Virus record (IMG/VR): IMGVR_UViG_3300032277_000027
Span: 1-38,441 of that record
Direction: 5' to 3' (one strand)
DNA from: a virus
Taxonomy: Duplodnaviria > Caudoviricetes
DNA: 38,441 nt
Positions 14,648-24,616 of this stretch are shown here, one piece after another. Position 1 is the stretch's first letter; every line of letters starts with the position of its first letter. Under the pieces are notes generated by a model. That model saw nothing but the letters and a program-made list of their open reading frames with translations, was not told where the DNA came from and searched no databases. The position numbers and the translations under genes are program-made.

Positions 14648-15076
14648 CTATTTTTGGTTAGCCGTTATTGTGTCGGCGTACTTATAGCACGTCTTTAAGG
14701 CTGTTCTGAGCTTGTCCGCTCTGGAAGCTTCCCGCCTAAGAAAGACTGCATCTTCGGAGAGAAGGCTTGCCCCAGTGGCATTCTTGCAGTCAGTTGAGGT
14801 ATTTCTGGGCACGTTTGCGCGACTCTTACGCTTCCGCAAGCTGTCAATGTCAGTATTAAGGCTGGCATTAATAGAATTAATCTCATTGAATTGAATTTGT
14901 AAATCATCATTAATCGCCTTTTGTTTCTTTTGCTCGTCCGACCTGGCTTCTGCTACCGCTTTATTAATCTGTGTTTCTGTTTCAGCTTTCCACTTGGTGT
15001 CTGTAATGCTTACGCCGTAAAAGTAACCGCCAATAGCCATAACAACAGCAGCAGATAGCGTGATAAATGGACTCAT
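14648..15076 (-). CDS. rz: i-spanin (Rz-like)
   Basis: N-terminal TM helix, coiled coil, ASRADKLRTALKTCY C-terminus, embedded lipoprotein gene. Confidence 0.88.
   Translation of the reverse strand: MSPFITLSAAVVMAIGGYFYGVSITDTKWKAETETQINKAVAEARSDEQKKQKAINDDLQIQFNEINSINASLNTDIDSLRKRKSRANVPRNTSTDCKNATGASLLSEDAVFLRREASRADKLRTALKTCYKYADTITANQK
14695..14886 (-). CDS. rz1: o-spanin (Rz1-like lipoprotein), embedded in Rz
   Basis: MRLILLMPALILTLTAC lipobox and Pro-rich mature part, in an alternative frame inside Rz. Confidence 0.85.
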   Translation of the reverse strand: MRLILLMPALILTLTACGSVRVAQTCPEIPQLTARMPLGQAFSPKMQSFLGGKLPERTSSEQP

Positions 15077-15240
15077 TTGTAATTATCCTTACTTCTGGAA
15101 TAGTGCTCTACGCCGTTAGCAATACCAAAAAACGTGACCAATCCGATTAAGACATTAGATAAATTAAGGCCATCAAGCTTTAATGAAGCAACTAATAACA
15201 CCAGGATAAAGAATAATATCTTCCTATTTCCTTCTAGCAT
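15073..15240 (-). CDS. Putative holin, 55 aa with 2 TM helices, absent from the ORF track
   Basis: MLEGNRKILFFILVLLVASLKLDGLNLSNVLIGLVTFFGIANGVEHYSRSKDNYK, ATGA-coupled to Rz. Confidence 0.65.
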   Translation of the reverse strand: MLEGNRKILFFILVLLVASLKLDGLNLSNVLIGLVTFFGIANGVEHYSRSKDNYK

Positions 15241-15244
15241 TATT

Positions 15245-15490
15245 TTAACCCTTAAAATTTGATTTAGTTACTTCTGATAATTCGTCTTGATTGATGTACC
15301 AAAAAGGCTTTCTTCCATCTGGAAATTGCATATGACCTAAGTCACCAGGCCGTGTTGATATATGGGCTATAACTCGATACATATTAAGCATATTAGAATC
15401 ATCCCACTCTCTAGACCGTCTAGCGCGTAGAAACATAATAAGAGGGAATATTAATACACCTATGATAATACCTAATATTAACTCAATCAT
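15245..15490 (-). CDS. Single-TM membrane protein in the lysis cassette
   Basis: N-terminal TM helix followed by a basic patch. GGAG RBS. Confidence 0.7.
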   Translation of the reverse strand: MIELILGIIIGVLIFPLIMFLRARRSREWDDSNMLNMYRVIAHISTRPGDLGHMQFPDGRKPFWYINQDELSEVTKSNFKG

Positions 15491-15836
15491 CTCCAAACCC
15501 CATGCCGCAGTGATTAAAGTGCCAGGGGCTAATCATGTATTTACACATAAATAACGCCAGCTTAAAGCGCCACTCATCCTCTTCATATAAGCCAGATCGT
15601 AGTATGTGTTTCAATCTTGCCGTTAGTGTCTTTCGATCATTATCGGCTAACTCCCAAAAGATTATAGAGCTAACCGTATAGTTATGAGGCACATCAATAA
15701 AAACAATAAATACAAATACCGCTGCTTTCTGAAATATATTTAGATCATCTCTTGATGAAGCATCATCAACAATTTTAGTTACGGCAATGAAACTAAGCCA
15801 GAGAATTAATGTGGATATGATTATGAAATAAATCAT
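15483..15836 (-). CDS. Two-TM membrane protein in the lysis cassette
   Basis: Two hydrophobic segments and a T.TARL...C..I.P...HC motif. Confidence 0.75.
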   Translation of the reverse strand: MIYFIIISTLILWLSFIAVTKIVDDASSRDDLNIFQKAAVFVFIVFIDVPHNYTVSSIIFWELADNDRKTLTARLKHILRSGLYEEDEWRFKLALFMCKYMISPWHFNHCGMGFGDD

Positions 15837-15848
15837 TCTATCTACCTC

Positions 15849-16112
15849 TTAATTAGTGTGATGTTTTTCTACATGATCTGTGATTCGATTATGGGCGAAA
15901 TCAATTTTTTTCTTTGCATCTATCTGGGCATTATTAAGGGCTAAAATTTGGCTATTCAATTTATCGTTGCAGGTTTCAATTTTGATCTCTATTTTCCTAA
16001 TAATCATGGTCATAAGATAATATGATAGTGTGCCAAGTGCCGCGAATAGAGCGCCAGTAACGCTAATCGCTACTGTTACCAGTAGATCGTGATTTATCAA
16101 CACTGTGTCCAC
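15849..16112 (-). CDS. TM plus coiled-coil protein (holin/antiholin-like)
   Basis: One TM helix, then a coiled coil ending AHNRITDH. Confidence 0.65.
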   Translation of the reverse strand: MDTVLINHDLLVTVAISVTGALFAALGTLSYYLMTMIIRKIEIKIETCNDKLNSQILALNNAQIDAKKKIDFAHNRITDHVEKHHTN

Positions 16113-16114
16113 TT

Positions 16115-16576
16115 CTACGCTCCTTTATGACGAGCAATAAAATAATGATTCCACATGCTATTAAAGTAATTCCTATAAGCATCAACGCTACCTACAAATC
16201 CTATTGTTAATTGTAAGATAGCAAGGATAAGCATTATGCCGCTAAAATAAGTGGCCTCTATATCGTATAATGATAATACCATGCTAATGGCTAGATTCAC
16301 CATGATTACAACAGACAGAATAGCTAAAGCGAAGCCTCTGAGATAGATGTAAGCCATTGTAAATCCTGATTGTATGGCCATTTGAAACATATAGAAGGGG
16401 GCCATTTGCCTGTAAGTCTCGAAGATAATACCTGTATCTTTATCTAACACTATCTCCTGATAGCCTGTCATTATTAAAAACTCAGCCGCTAATACTATCC
16501 ATATATGTCTATATATAGTATTTCTAAAGTGGAAAGCTACTAAAAACGAAGCAGTTAATAAAAAATAGTCCGTCAT
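16115..16576 (-). CDS. Multi-pass membrane protein
   Basis: About five hydrophobic segments. Confidence 0.75.
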   Translation of the reverse strand: MTDYFLLTASFLVAFHFRNTIYRHIWIVLAAEFLIMTGYQEIVLDKDTGIIFETYRQMAPFYMFQMAIQSGFTMAYIYLRGFALAILSVVIMVNLAISMVLSLYDIEATYFSGIMLILAILQLTIGFVGSVDAYRNYFNSMWNHYFIARHKGA

Positions 16577-16626
16577 TTCGGCTTATTTCTTGGCTTCTTC
16601 TTCTTTGGTTTTCTTGTACCTGCCAT
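16573..16626 (-). CDS. 17-aa cationic micropeptide MAGTRKPKKKKPRNKPK
   Basis: TAATG overlap with the endolysin stop, ATGA overlap with the next start, AGGAG RBS within the end of the endolysin gene. Confidence 0.65.
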   Translation of the reverse strand: MAGTRKPKKKKPRNKPK

Positions 16627-17093
16627 TAGATTGTCTCCTGTAAGAACTTTTCCCACTTGAATCCTCTGCCTGGGTCAACCTTTCTGCCAGGTGAAATGTC
16701 AGAGTGGCGTTTAACTTCAGTTATATTATATACCGATTTCCAGTGCTTAACTAATTCTACACCAGCCTCCCACTGCTCCTTTTTAATATAATTAGTCTTA
16801 ATTTCACTAATAAACGAGCCGTAGTCATGGTCGCCTTCTACTAGAAACTCAATACCAAGTGAATCTGTATTAAAACCTCTGGCATGATAAGCCCCCTGCT
16901 CTGGCCTCCTACACATCATTACATCACCATAAGGCATAATAAGCGCATGTGCCGATAACCCTAGTTTATCCAAGAAATCTACCGCTAACGTTGGCTCAGG
17001 GTCGTTAATGTATTCCCCCATTGCATGAATAACAATTAGCTTAGGGTTATTCTTCTGCGCTCCATGCGGTAAGTGGCGCTCTATTATATTCAT
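16626..17093 (-). CDS. Endolysin, N-acetylmuramoyl-L-alanine amidase (Amidase_2)
   Basis: IVIH, SAHALI, AYHARGFNTDSLGIE and HSDISPGRKVDPG motifs. Confidence 0.93.
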   Translation of the reverse strand: MNIIERHLPHGAQKNNPKLIVIHAMGEYINDPEPTLAVDFLDKLGLSAHALIMPYGDVMMCRRPEQGAYHARGFNTDSLGIEFLVEGDHDYGSFISEIKTNYIKKEQWEAGVELVKHWKSVYNITEVKRHSDISPGRKVDPGRGFKWEKFLQETI

Positions 17094-17944
17094 ATTACAA
17101 ACCCTGTAGGCGGGCCCATGAATGAATCACCTATTTGCATATAACTGGTATGCACATGAGCATTTGTTATATCTGCTCCAGTATCAACAAAGCCATAAGC
17201 TGGCATTCTAAATACATGGTAAGCATCATCTACAGCTGAAATTGAGGGAGTAGATAAATAGTCTTGTAAGGCAATTGTTCCGTCCTGACTATAGACATGC
17301 AAGGTAATATTCCCACCATATACATGAGTTAGCTCAAAATAAAGCCATTGCCCATAATAATCTTCTGGACTAAATATCAACGTATAACCAGATGGAATAT
17401 AACCACTGTTTGCCGTACCGTTTTCACTGATTGGCCCCGTACCATTAGCATCATTAGCTAGGCGTATAAAATGCTGCCCATCTGCGGCACGATTAATAAA
17501 GAAAACAGGGCGATTTGTTGCATTACTGGCATCATTCGACATTTCTACCATAAAGAATTTTTGTTCAGCATCACGGATACCATTTATAAACTCAGTGCCA
17601 ATCCTGATCGCACAACCAACTGACCAATTTCTAGAATCAGCAAGCAATAAAGCTTCTGTATCTTGGACTAGTAATGTGCCCATATCTAAAGATGCAACAG
17701 TGCTAGCTACTAAAGTGCTATTGATAAATTGCGGGTTAGCTGCATCCCATGTACCTGTAGTTACATATGTATCATCTGTACCTGAGCCACCAAATTCGGA
17801 ATCACCACCAGCCCCATCGGGATCAATCTGATTCGCAGCAGAATCATATGAATAACTAAAAACAGGAGTTGCATTCGCAGGTGCTTCAGTAGCAACTCTT
17901 CCACGCATACCGGAAGTTACTAATTTATTTCGCCACCAGCTCAA
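17090..17944 (-). CDS. Putative tail-associated beta-sandwich/lectin-like protein
   Basis: Located after the tail genes and rich in beta-strand residues. Start revised to the TTG overlapping the upstream TGA. Confidence 0.55.
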   Translation of the reverse strand: MSWWRNKLVTSGMRGRVATEAPANATPVFSYSYDSAANQIDPDGAGGDSEFGGSGTDDTYVTTGTWDAANPQFINSTLVASTVASLDMGTLLVQDTEALLLADSRNWSVGCAIRIGTEFINGIRDAEQKFFMVEMSNDASNATNRPVFFINRAADGQHFIRLANDANGTGPISENGTANSGYIPSGYTLIFSPEDYYGQWLYFELTHVYGGNITLHVYSQDGTIALQDYLSTPSISAVDDAYHVFRMPAYGFVDTGADITNAHVHTSYMQIGDSFMGPPTGFVI

Positions 17945-18252
17945 GTGAATGCCCCGATAGCAATAACAGACAAGTTTGCACCTGTAGTTACTTTCCAAGC
18001 GCCATTCTTTGATTTAGCACCGATAGGTATTGCAAAAGGCGTTAAATCTGCGCCCACAGTACCCCCTGTATAAACCGTTATAGAAGTGGCATCATCAAGT
18101 ATCGATATAGCACCAGGCGCAGTAGTAGCCGGAATAACTAAAAGCCCTTCTAATACATCGCCTATTGCACCAATCCCGCCAAGAACTTGCGATACTTGAC
18201 TTGCTGCAACTGTTTCATAAGTATTGTCATTAATTGGCGTGACTGGATTCAT
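17941..18252 (-). CDS. Small virion protein (tail-associated)
   Basis: Small Gly/Thr/Ala-rich beta protein with a GAGG RBS. Confidence 0.65.
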   Translation of the reverse strand: MNPVTPINDNTYETVAASQVSQVLGGIGAIGDVLEGLLVIPATTAPGAISILDDATSITVYTGGTVGADLTPFAIPIGAKSKNGAWKVTTGANLSVIAIGAFT

Positions 18253-18277
18253 AATAACCTCGAATTGTATAATTATA

Positions 18278-20029
18278 CTAAGCTAAAACCTGCTCATTAA
18301 CGATGTTTGTTGTTGTGCCTGCATCATTTGTTGCAACCGAAACCGTATTATTAATCATATTAACAGTAACCGCGCCCGCTCTAACATATGCGCCACCTTC
18401 TGTTGCAGGATTTACAAACGTATTCCCAACAATGTCAGCCCCATCTGCTGTAGCTGTTATATCCATTGCGATATTGAATCCCGTTGTTGCATTACTGCGT
18501 AATTTATTATTTGTAAATATACTATTAGCCTCTTGCGTATAATAGGCAGTGTGGCCAGAGCCAGCTACACCTTCTGTACAATTAACCTTATTTCCATCAA
18601 CAACAGTTCCAGAGCCTGCGCTAATTAACGAAATACCCCTGACTTGCGGGTTAGTTATTGTATTTCCTGATAAGTTAGTATTGACGCACCCACCAGAGTT
18701 AAGACCAATACCCCAACTTCCCTCGATAGACTTGTTGTTATCTAAATCAATGTCCTCTGTAATATTTAAGTTATAACACTGGCGCGTTGCATCACCTGTA
18801 TTATCAACAGTATTATTAAATATCTTTGAGTCTTTAACTCTTTGAAGATTTACTTGTCCTTGTAAAATAGTGTTGCCGGAAACAGTTGCATTTTTAATTC
18901 TGAATGAACCAGTTGAGTTACTAAGATGTATATCGCCAGCATTATCCAAATGACAATTTATTATCTTTATAGTATCAACGTCAGAAGTAGTGTATTCACC
19001 AGCGAAATCAATGGCATTATTAACTGTGTCTTTTACTCGACATGTATCAACAGTGATATTTGTCGTTGATTCATCAAGACCGCCAATTAACGCCAGTGTA
19101 CTGCTCTGACCATCACATGATGAGTTAACAAGCGTCCAGTTATCCACGTTTAAAGATAACGATACTGCTCCGTCTTGGTGAGCCGTTGAGTCGCCCATGT
19201 TGTTTGACTCAAAATAACATGCAGTAACAGTACCCCCATACCCTGTACTTAAATGTATTCCATTCCCGCCTGTGTTTATAAACCTGCATCTATCAACAAC
19301 AGTTCCATCCCCACCAGTATAAACAGCCTCACATAGTGAGTCATGGAGATAGCATCGAGTAATTAACGACCTATGCCCAACTAATCTGATCTCAGCATGA
19401 TTAACCCAAAAATTAAAGGTACTAGCATATGATGATCTATTACCATCAATTTCTAACCCAATAATAGAGACGTCTGTTGTTGAATCTGATGAGATTATTC
19501 TAGTTGAAGTTATAACATGATCGCCAATTGCATAAGAATTAGCTAATGTCGGCCCGTTAGTGGTGATCAGGTTACCTGTTATATCAGTTATGATATAAGC
19601 GCCTTGCTCTTGATTTGCCGCTTCTGTAGAACCTGTCCAGCCAACAGTATAGAAACTAATTGACTGATTAACACGAAATCCAGAAGCATCCGCTACCTCT
19701 ATAACAGGATTAGCAGAACCACTTGATTCTGAAACAGCAAATGTAGTAGCTACTTTATCTATTCGTTTTAGCTTTGCTCCATCACCTAGCCATGTTTGTC
19801 CAGTTAATGGCGTTAAAACAGCATCAATTATATACGTCTTCCCTGGCGTAAAAACAACCATCCCACCTATCCCAGCCTTAGTGATAGCTGATTTTACTGC
19901 ATCTGTGTCAATAGTTACGCCATCGCCTATAGCGCCTTCCATTGCGGGGTCGACAACTCCGTCTGATCCAATAACTGTTACCGGATTTATACCTGTATTT
20001 ACAACTGTTACAGGATTATGAATTGACAT
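18278..20029 (-). CDS. Tailspike with a right-handed parallel beta-helix (pectate-lyase-like depolymerase)
   Basis: GAIGDGVTIDTDAVKSAI motif and repeated V.GN.I beta-helix rungs. Confidence 0.88.
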   Translation of the reverse strand: MSIHNPVTVVNTGINPVTVIGSDGVVDPAMEGAIGDGVTIDTDAVKSAITKAGIGGMVVFTPGKTYIIDAVLTPLTGQTWLGDGAKLKRIDKVATTFAVSESSGSANPVIEVADASGFRVNQSISFYTVGWTGSTEAANQEQGAYIITDITGNLITTNGPTLANSYAIGDHVITSTRIISSDSTTDVSIIGLEIDGNRSSYASTFNFWVNHAEIRLVGHRSLITRCYLHDSLCEAVYTGGDGTVVDRCRFINTGGNGIHLSTGYGGTVTACYFESNNMGDSTAHQDGAVSLSLNVDNWTLVNSSCDGQSSTLALIGGLDESTTNITVDTCRVKDTVNNAIDFAGEYTTSDVDTIKIINCHLDNAGDIHLSNSTGSFRIKNATVSGNTILQGQVNLQRVKDSKIFNNTVDNTGDATRQCYNLNITEDIDLDNNKSIEGSWGIGLNSGGCVNTNLSGNTITNPQVRGISLISAGSGTVVDGNKVNCTEGVAGSGHTAYYTQEANSIFTNNKLRSNATTGFNIAMDITATADGADIVGNTFVNPATEGGAYVRAGAVTVNMINNTVSVATNDAGTTTNIVNEQVLA

Positions 20030-20061
20030 TTTTTTCTCCTAAAACTTGTTTATATTATATA

Positions 20062-21438
20062 TCAAAGTATATAGCCGTTTAATTGTATGGTTATATTCCT
20101 TGCAGTTCCTGTAGAACCATCATAAAGAGTTACGTGCTTGTATGAAAAATGCCTATTAGTATCTAAATCTATCATGCACTCAACACCAGCTCCAAGGCTC
20201 CTTGTTGCAGAAGTTATACCGCCAGCAGCAACTTTGCCAATCGGCCTGTCTGTTACGGTAGAGGCAGCATTTCTTACATGTAATGTGCTGGTAAAATGCG
20301 ACCCGCTCCCAACTCCCGTTGTATCATTGTCAGTTTCAATATATAAAATAGCTACTTTAGCCCCTGCCGGAATACCGCTTAGGCTGTATGCTGTCCATGT
20401 GTCATTAGTTGTAGCCGAGCTGCTAACTAAAACCGTTGGAGTATCAAGCATAACATGTCTAGCAGTTACTGCCGTTCCCTCTATTTGAAGCTCTGTTCCA
20501 GAAGGAAAATCAACGTTTCCACTGACATCCGCTGTAACTGTCTTACTTGCTGCTACTGTGCCTAGTGTTACGTTGTTGTAGCTAAGTTGAGTTGCGTTAG
20601 ACTCAATATCTACACCATTGATTTGAACAGCGGACGGGGCCGCCAAATTAATTATATTGCATGATAATATTGCTTGATCTACGGTAGTACCTGTTCTATC
20701 AATTTGTAGCCATTGTGCGGAAGTTGAAAGCGCATCGTCTGCTACATCAAATATATATGATTCTCCATTAGGGTAGGCTCTCCACGTGGAATTATCAGCA
20801 GTTACACCCGTTTCTACTTGTATGACTTGAGGTGCGCCATTCGTTATCGTTATATTGCCAGTAGCCACAGTATCAGCATCAGACCTTAAGAACTGACTGG
20901 CAGATAATCCAGCAAAAGCACTATTTAATAATACAAAATTTGTTCCATCATAAAATCCAAATACAGGCCCTATTTGTATATCACCCGTCTCAGGGTCATT
21001 GCCATTTAATAGCTTTATATTCAAAGCACCAATAAGATTGAAGTTAATGGTACATGCACCTGTATTGGCTACATCAGCTAAGAAAGAATACATTTGTCCT
21101 GTTTTATAAGCGCCAGGGCTTATCGGCAATGAAGCGGCATAAGTATCTGTACCCGCAGCACTAGCCCCTGCATATAATAGAGTGTTATCTATAACATCAT
21201 CAGCACTAGCGTAGGTTTGCAAGGCACTAGCATTACCTACCCCTGTATGCCTGAATGTTGACATAGGTAGATTTGCTGTGACCGCTGTCTGACCATCCTT
21301 AGTTATACACGTTGTTAATGCAGAGGCTATATCAGCTGTTAGCGTGTTCTGAGCCGAACTGTCTATTGTTGTATTGCCAATTGCTGGACTAACTGTAGTC
21401 ACTGGCAGGATATACACACCTGATCCGTTGAAAGCCAT
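20062..21438 (-). CDS. Tail fibre protein
   Basis: MAFNGSGVY...DIASALTTCITKDGQT..TANLPM N-terminal anchor and ANTGACTIN fibre motif. Confidence 0.85.
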   Translation of the reverse strand: MAFNGSGVYILPVTTVSPAIGNTTIDSSAQNTLTADIASALTTCITKDGQTAVTANLPMSTFRHTGVGNASALQTYASADDVIDNTLLYAGASAAGTDTYAASLPISPGAYKTGQMYSFLADVANTGACTINFNLIGALNIKLLNGNDPETGDIQIGPVFGFYDGTNFVLLNSAFAGLSASQFLRSDADTVATGNITITNGAPQVIQVETGVTADNSTWRAYPNGESYIFDVADDALSTSAQWLQIDRTGTTVDQAILSCNIINLAAPSAVQINGVDIESNATQLSYNNVTLGTVAASKTVTADVSGNVDFPSGTELQIEGTAVTARHVMLDTPTVLVSSSATTNDTWTAYSLSGIPAGAKVAILYIETDNDTTGVGSGSHFTSTLHVRNAASTVTDRPIGKVAAGGITSATRSLGAGVECMIDLDTNRHFSYKHVTLYDGSTGTARNITIQLNGYIL

Positions 21439-23447
21439 TATTGATTAACCCCTCTGCCCATTTCTTGACTAGATGAGATTATGGCAGACTTTCTCATAAT
21501 CTCTTCCGCTATTTTTCGTTTCATATTTTCAGGAGGCAAATCTAATGCCTTTGCCAAGTCTTTAGGTTGCAATATTAGTGCTTCAGCCACTTTTTGATAC
21601 TCTGGCGACTTATCTTTCCCTACCTGCTTTAATATAAAGTTTGCCGCCATTACTGGTCGAGACAATAGGTTAGGCAAGCTTACTTCTATTTCGCTGCTTA
21701 AATCGCCTAGACTACCTACTTTACCAGAAGCAAGCTCTTTCCCTTTTTGTTGATTAATTAAGGATTCTCTAACTTTATCAACTGCATTCATTTGCGAAGG
21801 GTTTAATACATCATCTATATTTTGATTGCCATTGAATCCAGTGGCCTTTTTCAGCGTCTTTGGCGCGTCCTTCATGGCTCTTAAAAAAGGTAACGGGGCT
21901 TCTTTTGTAGCAGGTGTCTCAAGCCCTTCTTTCAAAACTTGCCCTACCTTCATTTGATCTATAGGCTTTGATAACCTTATATTCTCTTTACGCGCAAAAT
22001 CATAAGCTTTATTGTTCTTACCTATCCAATCAACTAGCTTACCCTGTATTGATTTAGCTGCCTTTTTTTCGGCTCCAACTAACGCAGTATCACCAACTTT
22101 TTTAAGATTTGCATCAAGCCCTATCTTAATAAAATGAAGAAATTTAGTGGGGTTTGACTCAAAAGTTATCCCTTCAGCCTTTGCAAGCTTATGAGCAGCA
22201 GGAACAGCATCTTTAAGATAAGGATTTTCTAATAAGCCTATTAATTCATCATCTACTTCAACTGGTAATTTCCATGCTTCATTGTAATTTCTTTCTGCTG
22301 AAATACGCTTATTGGCTTCAGCTACTTTAAATTTTGTGCCTGTCTGAACCGTGTCAGCCGTTATATCATCTATTATTCCGTCTTCATCAGGGAATAAACG
22401 CTTTATCTCATCATCTATATTGTCTATTTGCTTACCAGCAATATCATCTGTTTGACCCGTCATAGTATGCTGATTTCTAAGCATATTGGCTTTTGTAGGA
22501 ATTGATACTTCGCCAGCTGTATCACCAGCAAGGTCACTCATCTTATCCATACGGCCTTTGGCTTGCATGGCTTTATGAGATTGTATTGCACCACCTGTAT
22601 ATTTAGACTTAGCCAATTCATCTTCAAACCTAGCTATCCTTCCGCCTAGAGCCTTTGGATTGCCTTCTTCGATAGATTCTCTAAATATTCTGCCTAATGC
22701 CTGTTGAGCTGTTTCGTCACCTTCAGACATTGACAATGCTCTTGCTATTCTAGCTCTGTCTTCTCCTGCAAGATTTCTCATGTATTTTGCTACATCGGCT
22801 TTTATGCCTTTATCAGAAAAAGGCTTTAAAAATTCCGAGCCTGCGCTTTTAATTTTTCCAACGCCACTAATTGCAGCAGGAATAGCAGAACCAAAAGCAA
22901 GACCCCATACGGCCTGATTTAGCTTTTCACTTGCAAAGTCGTCACCTGTAACTGGTTGAGTTCCAGCCCCAACAACACCAGCCGCACCACCTGTAGCCAT
23001 TCTAGCTGGCAATGTTGCTTGTCCACCTGGAACCGCCATAAGACCAAGAGAGACAGGGCTTAATAAGTTACCAGCCATTCTTGACCCATCAAATCCAGAT
23101 TCGCCTCTATTTTCACGGCCTTGCTGATAATATTGCTCTTCTTTTTTAATTACATCTGATTCACTAGGCAGCTTATTCTGTAGTTGAATTTTCTGTTCCG
23201 CAGTTAAAAACTCTGACTTAGGCTGTGTTATTCCGCCTTCTTGCAATACTTGAGATAACCCCTCAACTGGATCACGCATACCACGCATAAACCCACCTTC
23301 TCGGGAAGCTTGGATAGCGGGTATTTTTGACTCAGGAATAACAGGCGCAGGCTTACTTACAAGCCTCTTGACGGTAGCTTTTACTATTTCAGGATCGGTT
23401 CCATCAGGGAAATCTAAAACTCGACCATCTGATAAGTGCGCCCTCAT
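21438..23447 (-). CDS. Internal virion / ejection protein
   Basis: DGRVLDFPDGT N-terminus, Gly/Ala-rich hydrophobic region, position after the nozzle gene. Confidence 0.7.
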   Translation of the reverse strand: MRAHLSDGRVLDFPDGTDPEIVKATVKRLVSKPAPVIPESKIPAIQASREGGFMRGMRDPVEGLSQVLQEGGITQPKSEFLTAEQKIQLQNKLPSESDVIKKEEQYYQQGRENRGESGFDGSRMAGNLLSPVSLGLMAVPGGQATLPARMATGGAAGVVGAGTQPVTGDDFASEKLNQAVWGLAFGSAIPAAISGVGKIKSAGSEFLKPFSDKGIKADVAKYMRNLAGEDRARIARALSMSEGDETAQQALGRIFRESIEEGNPKALGGRIARFEDELAKSKYTGGAIQSHKAMQAKGRMDKMSDLAGDTAGEVSIPTKANMLRNQHTMTGQTDDIAGKQIDNIDDEIKRLFPDEDGIIDDITADTVQTGTKFKVAEANKRISAERNYNEAWKLPVEVDDELIGLLENPYLKDAVPAAHKLAKAEGITFESNPTKFLHFIKIGLDANLKKVGDTALVGAEKKAAKSIQGKLVDWIGKNNKAYDFARKENIRLSKPIDQMKVGQVLKEGLETPATKEAPLPFLRAMKDAPKTLKKATGFNGNQNIDDVLNPSQMNAVDKVRESLINQQKGKELASGKVGSLGDLSSEIEVSLPNLLSRPVMAANFILKQVGKDKSPEYQKVAEALILQPKDLAKALDLPPENMKRKIAEEIMRKSAIISSSQEMGRGVNQ

Positions 23448-24616
23448 TCGATTAAGTTTCCTTGTGAATCAAATTTCATAATATTTTCTTCTGTCTTAGG
23501 AGGCATGCCAGCCTTTATTCTTTGTTTTGCAAGAAGGTCTAGCACTTCTGTCTTAAAGTCATTAGCTGCTGACATAAACTCTTTCTCTGAAGTCGATTTG
23601 TTTAGCCTGTTAATAGCCGCCTCACCCTTTGACCCTTCTATCTCTGTAATCTGGCCTCCACCTTTTAAGTCTTCATAAATTTCCTTAAATGTCTTGCCTT
23701 TAATCTGGTCAAACAAAGCGTTAAAGCCTGCTGCATCTGTGCCAGGAATCATTCCACCCATTGCCAGAGGGTTATCCCATACTCCTACCGCATCTTTCAT
23801 ACCTGGATGGTTAATCATTTTATCAATAGAATCTAAAGTAAATCCAGTAGTTGACTCAGCAGAAGGCATATCGACCTCAGCCGTAGCTTGTGACTCGCCA
23901 ACCACTTTCCCAGAAGCCGCAGCCTTGCTCATTTCTTTTTTAACTTCAGGACTATGAGCAGGTGAAGTAAATTTAGATGCAGCAAGCAAATTAGGGCTAA
24001 TAGACTCCCCGTCTAATGTTGTTATATTCTGGCCTGGTACACCTCTGGTGTCGATAATTACAGGAACCGTTTTATCGCCTACCGTTATATGGTCTATTCG
24101 TGAATAAGCGCCTCTTCCGCTACTGCCCTTTTGTTTTAGCATAGCTAGGGCCACTTTATCCATGCCACTACCCTCTAATTCGGGTGTGGTCATTCCCTGT
24201 ATTGCACCACGCATAGGATCGGATTCTATTGCTTCCTGTTTAGGCTCGTAATTATAACCGCCTAAATCTTCATCAAATTCGCCTATCTGCTCATTAACTG
24301 CATCCTTACCCATAATCGTGTTAAGTACGTCTTCAGCAGCCTTAGACTTCATTTCTGATTTTTCAGCGCTTAATTCTGATTCTTTTGAGTCAACATCTTT
24401 TAACTGGCTTCGACTTAATAGTGCTGACGCTAATTTAGTTAACCCCTCGCCTAGACCATAAGGCACAACACGACCGCTAACCATTCTATTTGAATCGCTC
24501 TGTTTTAAGTTCTGAGCCTGTAAAGCTTCAATCACTTTGCGTCTACGAGCCTGAGACTCTAGCTCAGATTGAACTTGCTCATATGAGCCTGGTGTTGTAA
24601 ATGAAGTATATGCCAT
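23444..24616 (-). CDS. Internal virion / ejection protein
   Basis: LKGGGQITEIEG.K motif common in podophage DNA-transfer proteins, and position. Confidence 0.7.
   Translation of the reverse strand: MAYTSFTTPGSYEQVQSELESQARRRKVIEALQAQNLKQSDSNRMVSGRVVPYGLGEGLTKLASALLSRSQLKDVDSKESELSAEKSEMKSKAAEDVLNTIMGKDAVNEQIGEFDEDLGGYNYEPKQEAIESDPMRGAIQGMTTPELEGSGMDKVALAMLKQKGSSGRGAYSRIDHITVGDKTVPVIIDTRGVPGQNITTLDGESISPNLLAASKFTSPAHSPEVKKEMSKAAASGKVVGESQATAEVDMPSAESTTGFTLDSIDKMINHPGMKDAVGVWDNPLAMGGMIPGTDAAGFNALFDQIKGKTFKEIYEDLKGGGQITEIEGSKGEAAINRLNKSTSEKEFMSAANDFKTEVLDLLAKQRIKAGMPPKTEENIMKFDSQGNLIE

Noticed and set aside
18278-21438. Diversity-generating retroelement or invertible tail-fibre system
   Set aside because: I saw no reverse transcriptase, invertase, or template/variable repeat pair.
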